A stretch of DNA of 64,000 bases from Promethearchaeati archaeon SRVP18_Atabeyarchaeia-1 (GTDB taxonomy: Archaea; Asgardarchaeota; Atabeyarchaeia; Atabeyarchaeales; Atabeyarchaeaceae). The stretch is taken from positions 448,001-512,000 of the forward strand of contig CP147779.1 of NCBI GenBank assembly GCA_037308085.1, written 5' to 3'. Shown piece by piece: positions 62,114 to 64,000 of the stretch (its first letter is position 1; the number at the start of each line of letters is the position of its first letter). The position numbers and the translations under genes were made by a program. A model generated the notes under the pieces. It did no database searches and was not told where the DNA came from. It saw only the letters and a list, made by a program, of their open reading frames with translations.

Positions 62114-62771
62114 CCAAATGATAATCGTCGTTGCCTTTCTCTTAAGATATTGGCTTGCCCCCCGTGATTTCGCGTGGACACATTTCAGATGCTTTGCTTG
62201 GACTACCACAACTTCTTCACAGATGATCTGTGGGCCACTCAGCCATCCACCACAAATTCACGACCGCCAATTAAGTGTAGACCGACGACCATCCCGAGAA
62301 TCAAGAAGAATGTCCAATTCATTATTCGTCTAATCCATCTTCAAACGGATTCGGGAATGACCTAGTCCGAAGCCTTAGGGGTTTCGAGCTCGAGCCTAAA
62401 GCACTTAGAAAGTGCGGGGAACTCAGAGTTCATAAGGAAGATCGCTTTGTCAGTTGCAGAAGTGCTCAAGAACGAGAGGCCCATAAACCGACAATTTCGG
62501 GGATACGGAAAAGACTAGAACCCCAAATATGCCGGTCTACAGACCTGCAGCCTTCTTATCTTCGGGGCCGGAAATCGCTTCTCTCAACAAGCCATTGTAC
62601 CTCGATTCCAGTGGTCTTTGTAGAAGAATAGGATCATGTCGTTCCAGTAGTTGCCAATGGCTGCAACTTAAGGACGCGGGCTACGAAAAGAAAAAAAAGG
62701 AGAGCAATCAAGCAGATAATCTGATCTATTATCCTTATCCTGCTAGTCGACTACCGTAGGTGTTCCTTGAC

Positions 62772-62927
62772 TTAGCTCACTGCTTCGCCTGCTTTGTGCG
62801 CTGCGTGGCCCACTGCCTTGCCAGTCTTCTTCCCCGCTTTCTTCACTGCTTTGCCTGTCTTCTTCGTCGTCGACTTGGTCTTTCTAGATACCTTCTTAGC
62901 CTTCTTCCCAAATCCAAATGGGCTCGT
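62772..62927 (-). CDS. Small Lys-rich repeat protein (51 aa) with ACG start, or pseudogene
   Basis: AGGTGA SD then ACG; SPFGFGKKAKKVSRKTKSTTKKTGKAVKKAGKKTGKAVGHAAHKAGEAVS. Confidence 0.5.
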   Translation of the reverse strand, partial: TSPFGFGKKAKKVSRKTKSTTKKTGKAVKKAGKKTGKAVGHAAHKAGEAVS

Positions 62928-63606
62928 TCTTGATCACCTAACATGAGTATATCTGCCCTCAAGCAGATAAGGCTATGGAGTCAGCTATCCACCGATGAAG
63001 CTTGTGGACCTGCAACTCAGGATATTATTTTATTGCCTATCCAGAATACCGTGCGCCTAAGTCAATCTCGTGTTGCCCTTCTCAGCTTCAGACAGATGAA
63101 AATCTCACATATATTGCCTGCGACCGTAGTTTCGTGAAGTTGAACTAGGGAAAAGACTAGAACCACAAGAATCTGTCCTTTTAGACCCACATACTTCTTT
63201 TTTGGCGACTAATCCCCGGGCAGAGTCGGTGATACAGCCTTCTCTCAAAAATCGGACAGCATTCAAAGGCAGTTTTTTATAAGTGGTTCAAGTCTCACGG
63301 GCTGGTCGCAGGCATTCTTCCGTTTGTGATATCTGGCGCCAGATAATTCGTTGCGTGCGAACACGTTAAAATGTTCACGTGGCAAACCAGTGTCCTGATC
63401 GGACGAGTGGTGTAAGGTCGAAATGGGCGCAAAAAACGAGAAAGGAAGCGAAAACGTTGCCCCTCCCGCGCCTGCCATCAAGAAGGGGAGCGAAACGGTG
63501 AGAAAGAAGAAGCAAATAAAGCGGACTCTGGAAAAGATAAAGGAACCCTACCCTAGACACGAGAAAAAAATGAAGTATTCTAGTAATTGCTTCATTTACC
63601 GGGCGC

Positions 63607-63876
63607 CTATTTCTTCATTTCCTTTTGCTTCAGCTTCTTATCCCGGTTCGCGACGTATGCGTCTGCCGCCTTCTTATTAAGCTTACGAAGCTCCGTGGCT
63701 ATAAGGTCAGACAGTTTTGCCGTAGTGACGTCTACCATGTTAGCTACTTTCTTGGCGATATCTTTGGCTACCTGTGCTGCCTGTTTGGCCGTCGCGCCGG
63801 CTTTCTCAACTGCAGCCACAATCTTGGATTCTGAGAATTCCTCTATTCTTCCATCTCTCTTCTTCACTTTCACCAT
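63607..63876 (-). CDS. ATP-cone domain protein
   Basis: VKKRDGRIEEFSESKI. Confidence 0.85.
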   Translation of the reverse strand: MVKVKKRDGRIEEFSESKIVAAVEKAGATAKQAAQVAKDIAKKVANMVDVTTAKLSDLIATELRKLNKKAADAYVANRDKKLKQKEMKK

Positions 63877-64000
63877 GTCAACCATATCCTTGCTTGACTG
63901 CTCTTGTAAGAGAAAGGGTTGCATTAAATACCTTGTGCCAACAGAGAACCTCTCACTAAAGAACTGAAGAGGTCGCCATTACTACAGGCATGTCTGCCCC

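Overview
Archaeal chromosome segment, most likely from an Asgard archaeon (inferred from eukaryote-type SECIS hairpins, a RING-finger protein, eL38 and a presenilin-like protease). It holds a 16S and a 23S rRNA gene separated by protein genes, RNase P RNA, 10 tRNA genes, many translation/ribosome-biogenesis and housekeeping genes, a decayed IS200/IS605 element and LAGLIDADG endonuclease genes. The dominant signal is pervasive bulge-helix-bulge (BHB) splicing, about 30 introns reconstructed by hand: 3 in 16S (one encoding a PD-(D/E)xK nuclease), 5 in 23S (one at the alpha-sarcin cut site), 20 in tRNAs (five in initiator tRNA-Met, with a 4-nt micro-exon), one LAGLIDADG intron in a duplicated copy of the 16S 3' end, and a 34-nt canonical BHB intron in the mRNA of S-adenosylhomocysteine hydrolase (ahcY). 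Two UGA-recoded selenoprotein genes are missed by the ORF track. All structures and family calls were made by eye, without database searches.
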